Assembly: GCA_964247055.1 (NCBI GenBank)
Contig: OZ176051.1
Coordinates: 3,472,001-3,536,000, forward strand
Direction of reading: 5' to 3'
DNA from: Paragordius varius
Lineage: Eukaryota > Animalia > Nematomorpha
DNA length: 64,000 nucleotides
In this document: positions 40,591-53,441 of the stretch, one piece after another
How positions within the stretch are numbered: the stretch's first letter is position 1
Layout of the letters: each line of letters starts with the position of its first letter
Position numbers and translations under genes: made by a program
The notes under the pieces: generated by a model
What the model was told of the DNA's origin: nothing
Database searches by the model: none
What the model saw: the letters and a program-made list of their open reading frames with translations, nothing else

Positions 40591-43370
40591 TTATTGTGTA
40601 TCATCGGCTAATCCGCAAGTAACTTTGGAAAAGTCAAAAGGAGAGCCTGTAACACTTTCATAAATTTTTAGGACATCATCACACGTTGATTCGAAATGGC
40701 TTGTGGCATCATAACTTTTACTAATATAAATCTATCGAAAGGAATGTATAAATAAAATATCGATTTAAAATTAATTGCTTTTCCTACCCTAAGGCCAAAT
40801 TTAATTGTTAAAAACTATGTAAAAACATAAAAACAAATATTTTTTCCAAAAGACCACTGTACTTTCTTAAACTTGATTTTTTAAATACCTCATTGTCATA
40901 AATTGCAGTGTTAGAAATAGAGAATTAGCACAAGCTTGCAATTAATAAAGTTTAAAAAAGTTTATATATATATGTTTGTATACTTTCATTTTTACGTAAT
41001 AAAATAAAAAAAATTTTATTAACGACGCTAAGCGTAAAATTTTATGAAAATATTACAAAATTTGCGAATATATTTATTACGTGATTTTCTTTGCCATCAT
41101 TGATTGGGACATAGTATGGGGAAACATCGATAAAACGAGCAGAGACAGGAGGCAAAAGCTCAAGACCAGCCATGATTTCATGTAAAGCTTGCTCGGGTGT
41201 TGGTTTTGTTCCCAAGGGAGCTTGAGATTGCGTTGAAACAGTAGCCACATACCAACCCTGGGCCGCTATACAATGCTCATAGGATACGAAAGACACGTAA
41301 ACATCTACAACAAACAAAATAACATATATATATTCATTTTAATCTAATCTCAAAATAAAAGTAACCCAAAAAAGTCATGTGGTTAACTTTCAAAAGTTTA
41401 TAATAAATATTTAATTTATTGGAAATATTTTTCACAAGTGTACCAAAGTTTCGCTTAGCTTGAGCAAATGGTATTATAATTTGGCATGATTTGGAGTTAT
41501 CCGTGTTTGGAATGGGTTGATTAATAAAGCAAATACATCGTATAATCTGCAATCATGTAAATAAACGAATGATTTTAAAATTTATAAGCATATAAATTCA
41601 CTTATGTTTAATGTTAAATTGATTTTAAACCTAGTTGTACTAGCCAAGTTAAATTGTAAAAAAGTCCCATAAATTCTAATGACAATTATATCAATTAATG
41701 CATCAGTAAAGCCTTAGTTTTATAAAAGAAAAATAATGCCAATATATTTATATTTTAGGGTTTGTTAACTTAAAGTTTCTAGCTATTTATATAATTGTGA
41801 ATACCCAGCCATTTTGCTTAACAAGATTGGGGAAATATGAAGGATCCGCAATAATTTTATTGCATCTAGCCAGACCATTCTTGGTTTTTATGCAGTGGGC
41901 TGAATCATCAATATGATGGTTTGTATGACCATTACTTTTTTGATTAGGGGTAGCTTGGCTATTTCCATCCCCTCCCAAATCAATCAAGGCAACTTCATTA
42001 GCGATTTCGTTAGCATCTTTCTTTCTGGGAAAATCTCCACTTTTTCCAAGTTGTAAGACAGGAGTATCCAACATATAAGTTCCACCATACACAGCGCTTA
42101 ACCTGAAATTGTGCATTTACAAAAGTGTTTATAAACACACCTTATTGTATTGTCAATTAAACTCTTAATTTTGTGTTTTATAAACAATATGGTACTTGTG
42201 AAATGATATATATGGATAATATTAGGACTCCATATTCGGAGTTTTGTATCCACGAAGTAATTTCCTCCATAAATTACGATCTTTACATTGTTCTGTGGAA
42301 AGGCTACGTTGATTCAAGTCCATTTTTATATTATCATTATAAGAAAAAAGTGGTCATATATACCATTTGCACTTCAAGAGTGTCCTTGAACATTTCAAGT
42401 TTGTCCTTGAACACTTCAAGTTGGCCTTTGAACACAAGTTGGTTCTTAAAATTTTTAAATTTTAATTTAACCATAATTTTTGCAGGTATATTTTTATTAT
42501 TTTTTAACCTAATTTTCTTTATTTATATTATATTTATTCATTTAAAAATAAAAATCTTTGTTCAAAAACAACTTTTTTGTTTCAAACAAATTTTTTTCCA
42601 ATTTAACAAAATTATTAACTTTTAAATGTTTTCTATGAAAAATTGGTAATAATAACCGAGAAATAATATGTTTTTTAAAAAAATACATATAAAATTTTAT
42701 AAATACCCATAATAAGAAAATAAAGATATACGTTTCTCAAAAATTAAAAGTTGATATTGATATATAATTTATAATAAATAATAGAAAATAGGTAAAACGA
42801 TAAAATAGTTGAATGATTTACGATTCGATTGATAAAAATTAAAAACAAAATAAAAAAGTCAAAGGACCAACTTAAAGTGTTTAAGGACCAACTTGAAATG
42901 TTCAAGGACCAACTTAAAATGTTCAAGGAAACTCCTCAAATGGTATTAAAGTAAAAAAATAAGGTCAAAGTTTATTAGTAAAAGCAGCATTTCCAAAAGA
43001 CAAATATTATATGAATTCTTAAAAGGGTTATATGGGATAAGATATTCTTAATAGCCGTGTTTAACAAGTTAATCATATAGATTCTTTATAATTTTAAGTA
43101 TTTAAAATACAAAAGACTTTAAAAAATTCCCTCTTCTTTATATATTGGGGTTCTCTTCTTTTATAAACTTTTTTCAGTTATATAAACTTTACCAAATATT
43201 AACCTTGCAAAACCTTGAGGCAATTCTCCCAACCCATACAAAGGATAAAGAAAAGGTGATTTTCCATAACACGCTAGCGATTCGCAATACAATCGAATTC
43301 TCATGATTGTTTCAATGGCAGGCTTGGCTTTGTAACTAATGTAATATATATAATTTACTATTCCGGGTAA

Positions 43371-43454
<84 letters not shown>

Positions 43455-44430
43455 ACTAAATAATTAAAAATATTAAATTTGAATACGCATCTTAAATTAG
43501 TTAAATTTTGAGAAAATTTAGCATTATAATCGCCCACAGACACTTTAACCAAAGAAGCCTTTGCTTAGAAAATATTTTAACACTGTTGTATATAAATTAA
43601 GATTTAATTTCACACAGTTCAAAACTAAATTATTCATGAAATAAAACAAACAAGTTTAAAAAATTTAAATAGTTAAGGAATATTATTATGATAAATAAAA
43701 CCTGTCATTAGTCCAAAGGGCCAAAGCATGTCCTGTAAAACTGGCAGTATTATCGTCCAAACTAAATTTTTCAAATAAGGCAGTCATTGGAGTTTGTTGC
43801 ATATTACCAACTTGAACATGATTGTTGGGATCAAATTCGGACACAAAGGTTAAAAACTTTTTAAACCTAAAATTTGAAAAACAAAATTTAAAACTCTTAA
43901 TATATTGTTGAGTATAATAAGGCAAATATATTTAAATTATACCTTCGTTTTTCAAAAATACCCATAAGACCAGAACTTAAAGCCTCAACCTCTGAAGCGG
44001 GTACTTTGTAAGTCTTTTTATCCTTCTCAACATAATTTCCATCAACGACTTTAAAATCAAGGTATTTTGTAACACCAGTATGAATCAATAACTTAACTAG
44101 TAATCCTAAATTTTAAAATTAAATTATTTCAATACCCTTTGCCATCAAAAATTTGGGAATCAAATCAACATTCCAATCTTTGCTCTTTCCAAATTTTTCC
44201 AAATTATTTTTTTCTTGTCCAAAATGTTCATAGACCTTACACATTAAATTAAATTTACTTTTTCTAAGGGTAGTGATGTGCTTTCCCCACCATAATAACT
44301 GTTTTTGTCCAAATGCAGAACTTTTTTGCCATCAACTGATAGTAAACCAGATAAAATACATTCCTAAACATTATAAACGATAAACAGTTAATCCAGTTCC
44401 CAATATAACAACATCATAAAACTCATCCAT
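40591..44430 (-). CDS. GDI: Rab GDP-dissociation inhibitor, 491 aa, 10 exons, with introns of 22, 23 and 30 nt
   Basis: Exons: 44430-44386, 44363-44259, 44235-44136, 44105-43943, 43866-43702, 43335-43204, 42102-41805, 41546-41444, 41304-41081, 40731-40591 (TAA). Motifs: [15 protein letters not shown]|[71 protein letters not shown]. Confidence 0.95.
42360..42946. mobile_element. TATACCATTT-family MITE with 21-nt tandem units in both arms (GDI intron 6)
   Basis: Termini ATACCATTTG and CAAATGGTAT. Left arm carries a roughly (ATTTCAAGTTGGTCCTTGAAC)n array of 3-4 units; the right arm carries the inverted array. Confidence 0.6.
43379..43452. repeat. (AT)n microsatellite, about 37 units
   Basis: Read directly; in GDI intron 5. 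Confidence 0.97.
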
Positions 44431-45414
44431 GAGTTAGGTATTTTATTGATTACGGTCTGGCGAAAAAGCGTTTTAGCTTGTGGTACAATTAAAAAAAATA
44501 ATTCAAAAATATTTTAATAAATATTATAAAAGTAAAGATGAAAAATTTTAAACTAGGTTCCAATTTTTCTCATATTTTAAATTCGCGATATAAAACTTTA
44601 ACATATCACGTTTTGAAACGATAGCCTTAATTAAAATAGTCGGCAAAATATCATCCTATTCTAAGAAAAACCTGACACGGTTGCTAAAATATATTTAAAT
44701 TTTAAAATGCCGTTAGTAAAGACCATTTAAGCTTTAATATAATCATTTCTTTATTAATTAATTCATTTGATAAATACACTATTTTTAACCATAATGGAAT
44801 GCTTATCAATTAAACATATACTCATATATCAAGCGTGATATAAATATTATCCAGATAAAAACATTATTAAAGCAAAAGAGCTGAAGCTGTGGTGTGCTTA
44901 TTTGATATCAAAATAAATTAATTTTTTTAATAAAATATGAAATATTTAAATTTTGACAAATGTTGAAGTGTTTTATATAAGAGGCATGTTAACACACTAA
45001 AAATATTACAGGCTAAAATAATTTAAAAACACCTTTTGGACTTTGTATATTATGATGCTGCTGATATCTCTCACTTAAAATTATGGTTTTAAATACTGGT
45101 TTAATTAGTAACACAAAAGACCAAAAGAATCTTGATAAATTATACATTTGTTATAGTAAAATGCATAAAGATTTCTTGGTGTTTTTAGTTTTGAGCCATT
45201 TAAATTTTGTACATTGGGGGCCATGAAAAAATATCTTGATGAAATAAATTTATTCTGATAGAAATATCAGGTATCATGATGCGTTTGGTGTTGGCTTTAC
45301 GAGTGTTATAAGAAAGTTATTTACACTTTTGTGCTAAGTGCTTTACATCAGAAAATAACAAAATATGAGCACATGTTTTGTAATAATTTTTTTTTGATTT
45401 AATCTAAATACTTC

Positions 45415-47834
45415 TAAATCCAACTTTGAAAAGTCTTGTTAAGTTCATATAGAAGGGGATTGGAACAGCAAAGTTGGTAGAGGTAGAGTGGATCAAATAG
45501 TCGGGCCATATGGATTGGGAGAACGAAACGAGGCCGGGGAAGCACTGATCAATTTTTGTCAAGAAAATGAGATGATGATAACCAACACATGGTTTCCACA
45601 ACACAATAGGAGGTTATACACATAGACCTCTCCATGTGGTAAATATAAGAATCAAATTGATTACATATCCTCAAAAATGGAAAAGCTCTATAATCGATAC
45701 CAAAACAAGCAAAAGCAGCGATTGCTCTAGCGATCATGAGCTTCTAATAACCAAAATCAAACTTAAAATAATTAAAAATAAGGATAAACAGATATACAGA
45801 TATGACACTCGGAACATTCCAAATAGTTTTAGAACAGAAACCAAAGATAGATTAGGAAGATTGGACAATGGATGTAGCTCAGAACAATTATGGGGAACGA
45901 TAAAAAATGTTGTTAATGAAGTGGCAAAAGAAAAAGTGCAGAGAGTAAAGAGGAAAGATAACAAATGGATATCAGAAAAGAGTATAGAGATAGCAGAAAA
46001 GAGGAGAAAAGCTAAATCAAGAGGTGATAATAAAATGGTAAAATTATATAACAAAGAATTTCAACGACAAACAAGGAAGGATTACGAAGATTTTCTTAAT
46101 AAACAATGTCTGGAAGTGGAATTAAATAACAAAAAAGGATTAATGCAACCAATGTTCCAGAAACTGAAGCAAATGACTCATAAACCTTTTATATCATCAC
46201 AAAAGATTAAAAAAGAGAATGGCACCATATTGTGCAAACAAACAGAAGTACGAGAAAGATGGAAGGAATACACCCAAAAACTCTATCAGGCTCCTCAAAC
46301 AAAGGTGTTACAATTAAAAGAAGAAGAACGTGATCCAGATATATTAAGAGAGGAGGTTGAATTAGCCTTAAAACAAATTCCTAACAACAAAGCGATGGGA
46401 TTAGACAATATCCCAATAGAGTTCATAAAAGCTATTCCCGTTGAAAAGTTACACCAGTTATGTCAAAAGGTGTGGGAAACATGTGAGTGGCCAAACGATT
46501 GGGCATCATCTGTATATCTCCCAATATATAAAAAAGGAGATGTACTCCAATGCGAGAATTATCGGAACATATCTCTTATTAGCCACGCTAGTAAGGTCTT
46601 ACTAAAAGTAATACAAAACAGAATGCACAGTATCATACAGACAGAAATACCAGAAAATCAAGCCGGATTTATGAAGGGAAAAAGCACAAGAGACCATATC
46701 TCAAACATGAGAAGGATAATGGAAACATCAAAAGAGTTCCAGAAAGAATTATACATGTGTTTTATTGATTACAGACAAGCATTCGATTCAATTAACTATG
46801 ACTCCTTGTGGGAAACATTAAATTTAATAGGGGTATCGTCTCACTTAATAAGATTGATTAGCTCTCTGTATGTAAAACAAAGAGCGATTATTAGAACACC
46901 AGCGGGGGACACAGACGAAATACCAATCTTGAAAGGAGTCACACAAGGGTGTTGCTTATCCCCTTATCTGTTCAAGTGCACAGAAATGATAATGAGGAAG
47001 TTGGATGGTAAAAATATTGGAGTAAGAATAGGAGGGAGAACAATCAATAATTTAAGGTTTGCAGACGATACCACTCTTATAGCTGAAAGTGCAAATGATT
47101 TGAAGGAATTGATTGAAGAGATTCGAAAGGAAAGTTTGAGGTATGGTCTTAGGCTTAATACTAACAAAACCAAAATATTATGTACAGGAAAAAAGCCTAC
47201 AATTATAATAGAAGGAGTAGAAATAGAAATAGTTAAACAGTTAACGTTTTTGGGCGCAATAATTTCAGAGGATGGGTCTTCAACTCCTGACATCAGAAAG
47301 AGAATAGGATGGGGTAGAGAAGCGATGACCAAATTAATAAATATTTGGAAAAACAAAAGCGTAGGAGTTGAAACCAAAAAAAGATTACTCTACTGTTTCG
47401 TTCTCCCGGTCACCACATATGGATGTGAGAGTTGGACTCTCAGAAAAAAGGACAAAGAAAGGCTCATGGCTTTTGAAAGGAGTTGCTGGCGTAGGATGCT
47501 AGGATACACCTGGAAGGATAAAATTAAGAATGAAAATCTAACTACAGAAATAAAACCTAAAACAAACATCATGGAGATAATTCTAAAAAGAAAGTTAACA
47601 TATTTTGGTCATGTCATGCGATCGAATTCTCTGGAGAAAGATACAATGTTTGGGAAGGTAGAAGGGCAAAGGAAACGAGGCCGACCACCGATGAGGTGGT
47701 TGGATATGATAAAAGAAGAGACCAAAATGACACTGAAAGAGCTCAATATAGCGGTTAAAGATAGAAAAAAATGGAAAGAAATAGTTAAAACTATATCCAA
47801 AAAGTCGTTTACGACTTAGGAAAAACCAACCAAC
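45415..47834 (+). mobile_element. 5'-truncated RTE-clade non-LTR retrotransposon (partial AP endonuclease plus reverse transcriptase)
   Basis: The endonuclease remnant GDWNSKVG..YGLGERNEAG..TNTWF..RLYT*TSP..NQIDY has a stop and a frameshift. ORF 45636-47819 contains NYRNISL, ENQAGF, CFIDYRQAFDS, GVTQG..LSPYLF, NNLRFADD, YGCESWT and RGRPPMRWLD. A 3' hairpin AAGTCG-TTTA-CGACTT lies at 47802-47817, followed by a short CAAC tail. The direct repeat CTAAATACTTC at 45404-45414 and 47835-47845 is the TSD. Confidence 0.92.
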
Positions 47835-47969
47835 CTAAATACTTCAGTCCAAAAATTATCACTAAATATATCATAACCTACTTATAAAAGGAAACAATAT
47901 TTTTAAAAAAAATTAATATATGGGCTCCGAAAGTCCCAAATTATTTTCTCTTCTAAATGAGTTAGTTCT

Positions 47970-48391
47970 TTAACATTAAATTATAACACGTCCATTTCAG
48001 GCTTTCGATTCGAATGGGGGTAGTTAGATACCTCAGGTTTTATTAAACACTACAAAAAATTTAAAATGAATTGAAATGGCAAATTGCACTTACCTAACAT
48101 TAATGAACCGAAGTATAAAAAAAATCATTTATTAAGACTTGATATTACCTATCTTAAGGTAACGCCTAAAGGTAAAAATTTGATCAACATGACATGTGTG
48201 CATTAGCTAAATTTGAAAATAATAAATAAACCTCTTTTTCTGTACCCATCAATGTTTGTAATGTAAAAAATAGCTTTAAAATTATATAAACACTATTTGC
48301 AAAAACATTGATAAAAATGGTGTTGAAGTAGTTTGATCTTTTTATTAAAACTTAATTTTAATTAGATAATTCGGCTAATTTATATAATTTA
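47970..48391 (+). mobile_element. TTAA piggyBac-like MITE, copy D, right end lost at the Helitron junction
   Basis: TTCGATTCGAATGGGGGTAGTTAGATACCTCAGG and downstream family motifs (CATGACATGTGT, AAAATGGTGTTGAAGTAGTTTGA) run up to 48391. Confidence 0.6.
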
Positions 48392-50816
48392 CCAGTGTAA
48401 ATCTCGTGCTGCTACCAGCCCGAGGAAGTCATTCGGACTTCCGGGGGGGGGGGGCTATTTGAAAAAAGGGACAATAAAATGATTCACACGTAGATTATTC
48501 GAAACATTAATCAAAAGTGTCAAAACGTTCATACTCATATATTGTTTACTGGTGTAAAGGCCCCAAATTGACGGCTACGGAAAAAACCGCTATACTATAA
48601 TTTTTACTTTTTTGAAAGTAATATTTAATTTTATTTAACTCGTATGGCTTCTTAAGTTATTTTAAAATTGGCTCCAAAGCCACGACATTTTTGTATGGCG
48701 TCTCAGTTTTAAACCGGTAGACCCCTACCCATAGACCTATATGGAAAAAGCACTAAGTTTAATTTTTTGCCTTTATATGGAAAATTGGAATCATCTTTGA
48801 AACCATCGTTTCATAAGTTATTCGAAAAAATACCTCAACACTAAATAATCGTTATTTGATGGCGTATATTTAGGGCATAAAGGCCCCCAAATTAACGGGT
48901 AATAAATAAAGGCCTAACCTTAATTTTTACCTAATTACGGGTAATATTTCGAACTTTAAATGAGCTCATACGGCATAAGTTTTAAATTAATTTTAAAAGA
49001 ACGCATCTATATAGTGGCACAGATTTTGGCGGGTAGCTTCTTACCCAGAGGCATGTATAAAAAAGCGTCGGGCATAATTTTTGTCTTTATATGGGGAATA
49101 TCTGGAATCATAATGTCCATGTGCTCCTTTAAGTTCTTGGAAACATGGCTCCAAGAAAAAATTGTTCTATGGCGGCGATTTTTCAGGCGTAAAACTTTTC
49201 TTAGCGACTCATTGGAATAAACCCCTATACTAAAATATTTTAAGAGGTAAAAATGATTTTAGGTCTATATTGAACTTACATAGTCTCATATGTTTTATGA
49301 AATTTGGCTCCAAAGACATGCTGTATCGATATAAAGACGCATTTTTGCACTATAGTCCCCTCAGAGCCTATTTAACCGCTAGTTTAAAAAATCCGCTCGA
49401 ATTTAATTTTTGCCTTTTTACGGGTAAATTTCAGGCCCTTATAAAACTTATTTGGCCTGATTTCTGAAAATTAACTTCTAAAACACGCAATTTTGATATG
49501 GTGGCGCAATTTTAGGCTGATAGCTCCCTACGCAGAGGCCAATATAAAAAAGACGTTCGATAATATCTTTTGCCTTTATGCTCTTAATAGTTTATGGAAG
49601 AATGGCTTCAAAACCAAATAATAGTTCAATAATAGCGCATTTTTTGGGGCGTAAAGGGCTTAATTAACGGCTAATTTTAAAAACTGCTCGACTTATATTA
49701 TTGTCTTTTTTCGGGTAATATTTTAGACACGGATTGAACTCATATGGCATGATAGGTTTTTTAAAATTTAGCCCCATAGGCACATCGATAAAACGGATCA
49801 GTTTTTAGCGGGTAGCTCCTTACCCGGCACAATATAAAAAAAAACGCACGACTAAAGTTTTTGCCTTTTAACAGGGAATACCTTGAATCCTTATTGAATT
49901 TTTACGGTATCATACCTTGGGCGAAAAATAGATTCAAAAAATTATTTTTGTGGACTTATTTTTAGAAAAAGTGACATTTTACGGAAGAGTGGGTTAAAAA
50001 GGGCCTAAATTAAAAAAGCGAGCCGACTATGTTGGGGGCAATCGAAAAAAAGTAAAAGAAACCGAATGGTCCAACACGTTTTGGAAAATTGTCTCAACAC
50101 GATTTTTGTGGACTTGTTTTCAAAAAAACCCGTTTCTTTACACGGAGTGGGCTCTAACTGGGGGCCTAATTCAAAAAACGGGCGGAGCTAGTGTCGGGCC
50201 ATTCATTAATGATTATATTTTTGTTATTTGGATTTGAATGGGTTTACCGGTTTTCCGGAAACATATCACAAAGCCACACGACGAATCAGTTTTTAGCGGG
50301 TAGCTCCTTACCTAGCAACTATTATCAAAGAAACACTTGACTAAAATTTTTGCCTTTTAACAGGGAATACGTGAAATCCATATTGAATTTTTACGGTCTC
50401 ATACCTAAGGCGAAAAATAGATTTAAAAAAATTATTTTTGTGGACTTTGTTTTTTGAAAAAATGGCATTTTACGGGGGGAGCGGGTAAAAAGAGGGCCTA
50501 AATTAAAAAGCGAAACGAATATGTTCGGCGCTATCGAAAATAAGTAAACAAAAATTATATTTGAAATTGAATGGTCCAACACGTTCCTCAGAAAATTGTC
50601 TCAAAGACACGATTTTTGTGGACTTCCGTTTTCAAAAAAACGCGTTATTCACACGGGGTGGGCCCGAACTGGGGGCCTATTTCAAAAAAGGGCGAAGCTA
50701 TTGTCGGGGCATTCATTAAAGATTATATTTTTTCGAAGTTTGGATTTGAATGGGTCTACCGGTTTTCCGGTACCAGATCACAAAGCCAGCATTTTCCATT
50801 TTTATAAATATATAGA
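48392..50816 (-). mobile_element. Non-autonomous Helitron, copy 2 (2425 bp), with a duplicated 5' module
   Basis: On the minus strand it starts A|TCTATATATTTATAAAAATGG and ends with the hairpin GGAAGTC-CGAAT-GACTTCC, then ...GATTTACACTGG|T (CTRR). About 500 bp of the 5' module is duplicated in tandem (about 49795-50285 and 50285-50790). Confidence 0.85.
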
Positions 50817-51499
50817 TAAAACAATAAATATTAATTACATGTATCAAAAAAATTTATTTAATGTATCATTTATGAAACATATTAATCATTTAGTCAATTG
50901 TAATCACCAGTGATATGGTTGGAATGCAGAAGCCAAAAATAATTCCCCGCAATTTAACTATGGTCTCATTAAGGGCCTCAATAGCATTTTCCGACGAAGA
51001 TTATTTTCAGGTTCTTTTTCGGGAACGAAATCTATTATATATTTCAACATAAATAAAGGGTGGGGATTATTAAAGTATTTACTATCGAATATTTATAACG
51101 AATGTAAAAAATCGATTTTATAAAAAATTTTTTTTAAATTAGTATGCTGGTAAATCAGACGTTTGGCGCTTAATTGAGGTAAGTAGGGGTCGATTGTACA
51201 GAAAAAGTTATTTTTTATTAAGTAAATACCAACGTAACAAATGAGTAAAAAATACAAACATCCAAAATAATGGGATGATTTGTGAGATTTTAAAAGAGTG
51301 TTTATATTATAATTCTTAAATCGGAATCAAAGGAACCGTACTTAAACAATTAAACATTTACGTCGTAAAGCATAAGACTCGGTATTATCTTTTTTAAATT
51401 AAAACCGGTCCGCTTCTTAAAAATTACTTATAGAATTGCTTTTACATAGATGAAATAGTTTATATTTTGTAGTCATATATATATTTTTTATATTTTCAC

Positions 51500-52282
51500 A
51501 TATATAAATTCAACTAACAACGCACATTGGTGAAAATTAAATTTTTTTGCGAAAATTTACATTTCAAATCACATAATTGATATTGATTTAGAAGACCTTT
51601 GGTTGCCACAATCGTAAATACTAAAACATTTACATTATTAAATTTTTCATAGTTACAATGGATAATTACTTGACATCTTGCGTTATATGATTGAAAAAAA
51701 ACGGATTTGTTTGGCAAATTATTTTATCAACTATCAGATTTTATGGATACTGCTTAGCAGGTTTTAAATAATATTTAAGAATGCAGTTTTTCTGAGAAGT
51801 GCTTTTTCAATAGCTTGATTTTCGATTGGCGAATATCTAAATTGCATATTTGATAGTTCATGTGAAGCATAGTAAAATGTCTTTACATTTGCTTTTTTAG
51901 ACGAAGCCACGGTGGAGTTGCATATCAAACAAATACATTTATCATTATTAGTTATAAAAAAAATCTTCTTCCATTCATTTCTAATAACGTGATATTTTAT
52001 TAATTTACCTTATATTTTTAATCATACAAAAATATAAGGTTAGAGGATACCAGCTTCTGTTTTGTTGTTAAATTTAACATCACAAATAATTTAAAGTTCG
52101 AATAAAATACATGTGATTAAATAAATATATTAATGATAAGTTAACTTATTAAATATAAATTTTTGTTAATGAGTAAATTTTTTCAAACACAAAATAAAAC
52201 AATATGAATTTTGTGGAATAAAATTTTTAAAAACTATTTTTTTTCTTTTTTTAAACCGCGGTCGACTGTTTGGCCACCCCTG
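51500..52282 (-). mobile_element. Decayed hAT (Buster/Charlie/SPIN type) transposon 5' remnant
   Basis: A terminal-repeat-like CAGGGGTGGCCAAAC begins at 52282 on the minus strand. Downstream, NEWKKIFF....KCICLICNSTVA..KKANVK resembles the N-terminal BED-like region of SPIN/GTF2IRD2/EPM2AIP1 transposases. Several stops and frameshifts follow; no second end was found. Confidence 0.6.
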
Positions 52283-53441
52283 CTGTATACTTTTATTTGG
52301 TAATAAATTAAAAAATTTGTGCAAGTCAAAAAATATTTGTGAAAGAATTAAAAAAAAACAATAGCTGTAAGATTTTCGTCGCCTTTCACCCACACTTATT
52401 TATTTTTTTATAATAAATATCATAGTTTTCGTTATTGTTTTTTCCATTTTTAACAAATATTTTTTACAACTTGCACAACTTTTTTTATGTTAGTACCAAA
52501 TAAATGTATACACCACTGTAATCATTCCTTATTTGAGCCTGCATACTGATATTGACATTTAAAATTAAAAATTGGCATTGAATAATAATATATCTTGAGA
52601 ATTCTAATTTCCAAAAAGCTCTTTAATTATAAAGTAATGAATTGAATGATTAGTTAATTGATAATTTATAGATTATAAGACCCATGGCGATAGATTAATC
52701 AATGATGTCATTAAACAGTTATAGTGATATCATCCGTTTTGAGTTGTTGTGTTATGTCATTAAATAATAGTGGAATCATCCATATTGGAAGTTATTTCTT
52801 CCATTGCATTGCTATTTCAATTATTAACTATTTGACGACTATATTTCCAATAATTATTGTAACTTGAATTAAAATTGACCCTCGGAAAAATGTATCAATT
52901 TTTGATTGAAACAGAGATTTAGTATTCCAGCTTTCATATGCGAAAATAATACAATTTGTTACGGCATCGTTCATGGTTTTATTAATTTTAGACAGAAAAA
53001 AATAATTCCCAATGGTTTTAAAAAATATTTGGATTAAATGATGTTTTATTTTTCATGTTTATGATTGAGTCCAGGGAAAATCATAAAAAATTAATTCACA
53101 AAATACCAGTTTTGGATTACTTTTATAGGCTAAAATTTTTTAATTAAAAAAAATACATTGTGAAAAAATCAAAATGCGCCTGAGCTGGTCTCCTCTATAT
53201 AGCAAGCTTGTAATAAAACAGTATTTTTAAGTAATTTCAACTTAATTTATATATTCAATTTATACATAAAAAAATTTAAACGATAAATAATTATAGTTTA
53301 CTGGTTAATAAATGCAAAAATAATAAAATCAAATTTATATATACTTAAAATACTACATACATTTAGTATTAATCATTTAATTGACCCAGAGTTGTTTAAA
53401 ATTAACCAACAATCAATAGTTGTTTTACTATAAATATATTT

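Noticed and set aside
42173-42926. ORFs with [12 protein letters not shown] repeats
   Set aside because: They are translations of the 21-nt sub-repeats of an intronic MITE.
43358-43552. ORF with a long IYIY run
   Set aside because: It is a translation of the (AT)n microsatellite.
44106-44385. Alternative genetic code or stop readthrough instead of micro-introns
   Set aside because: Two of the GDI segments are 22 and 23 nt, so they shift the frame, and readthrough cannot fix that. Genes in the window end normally in TAA, TAG and TGA.
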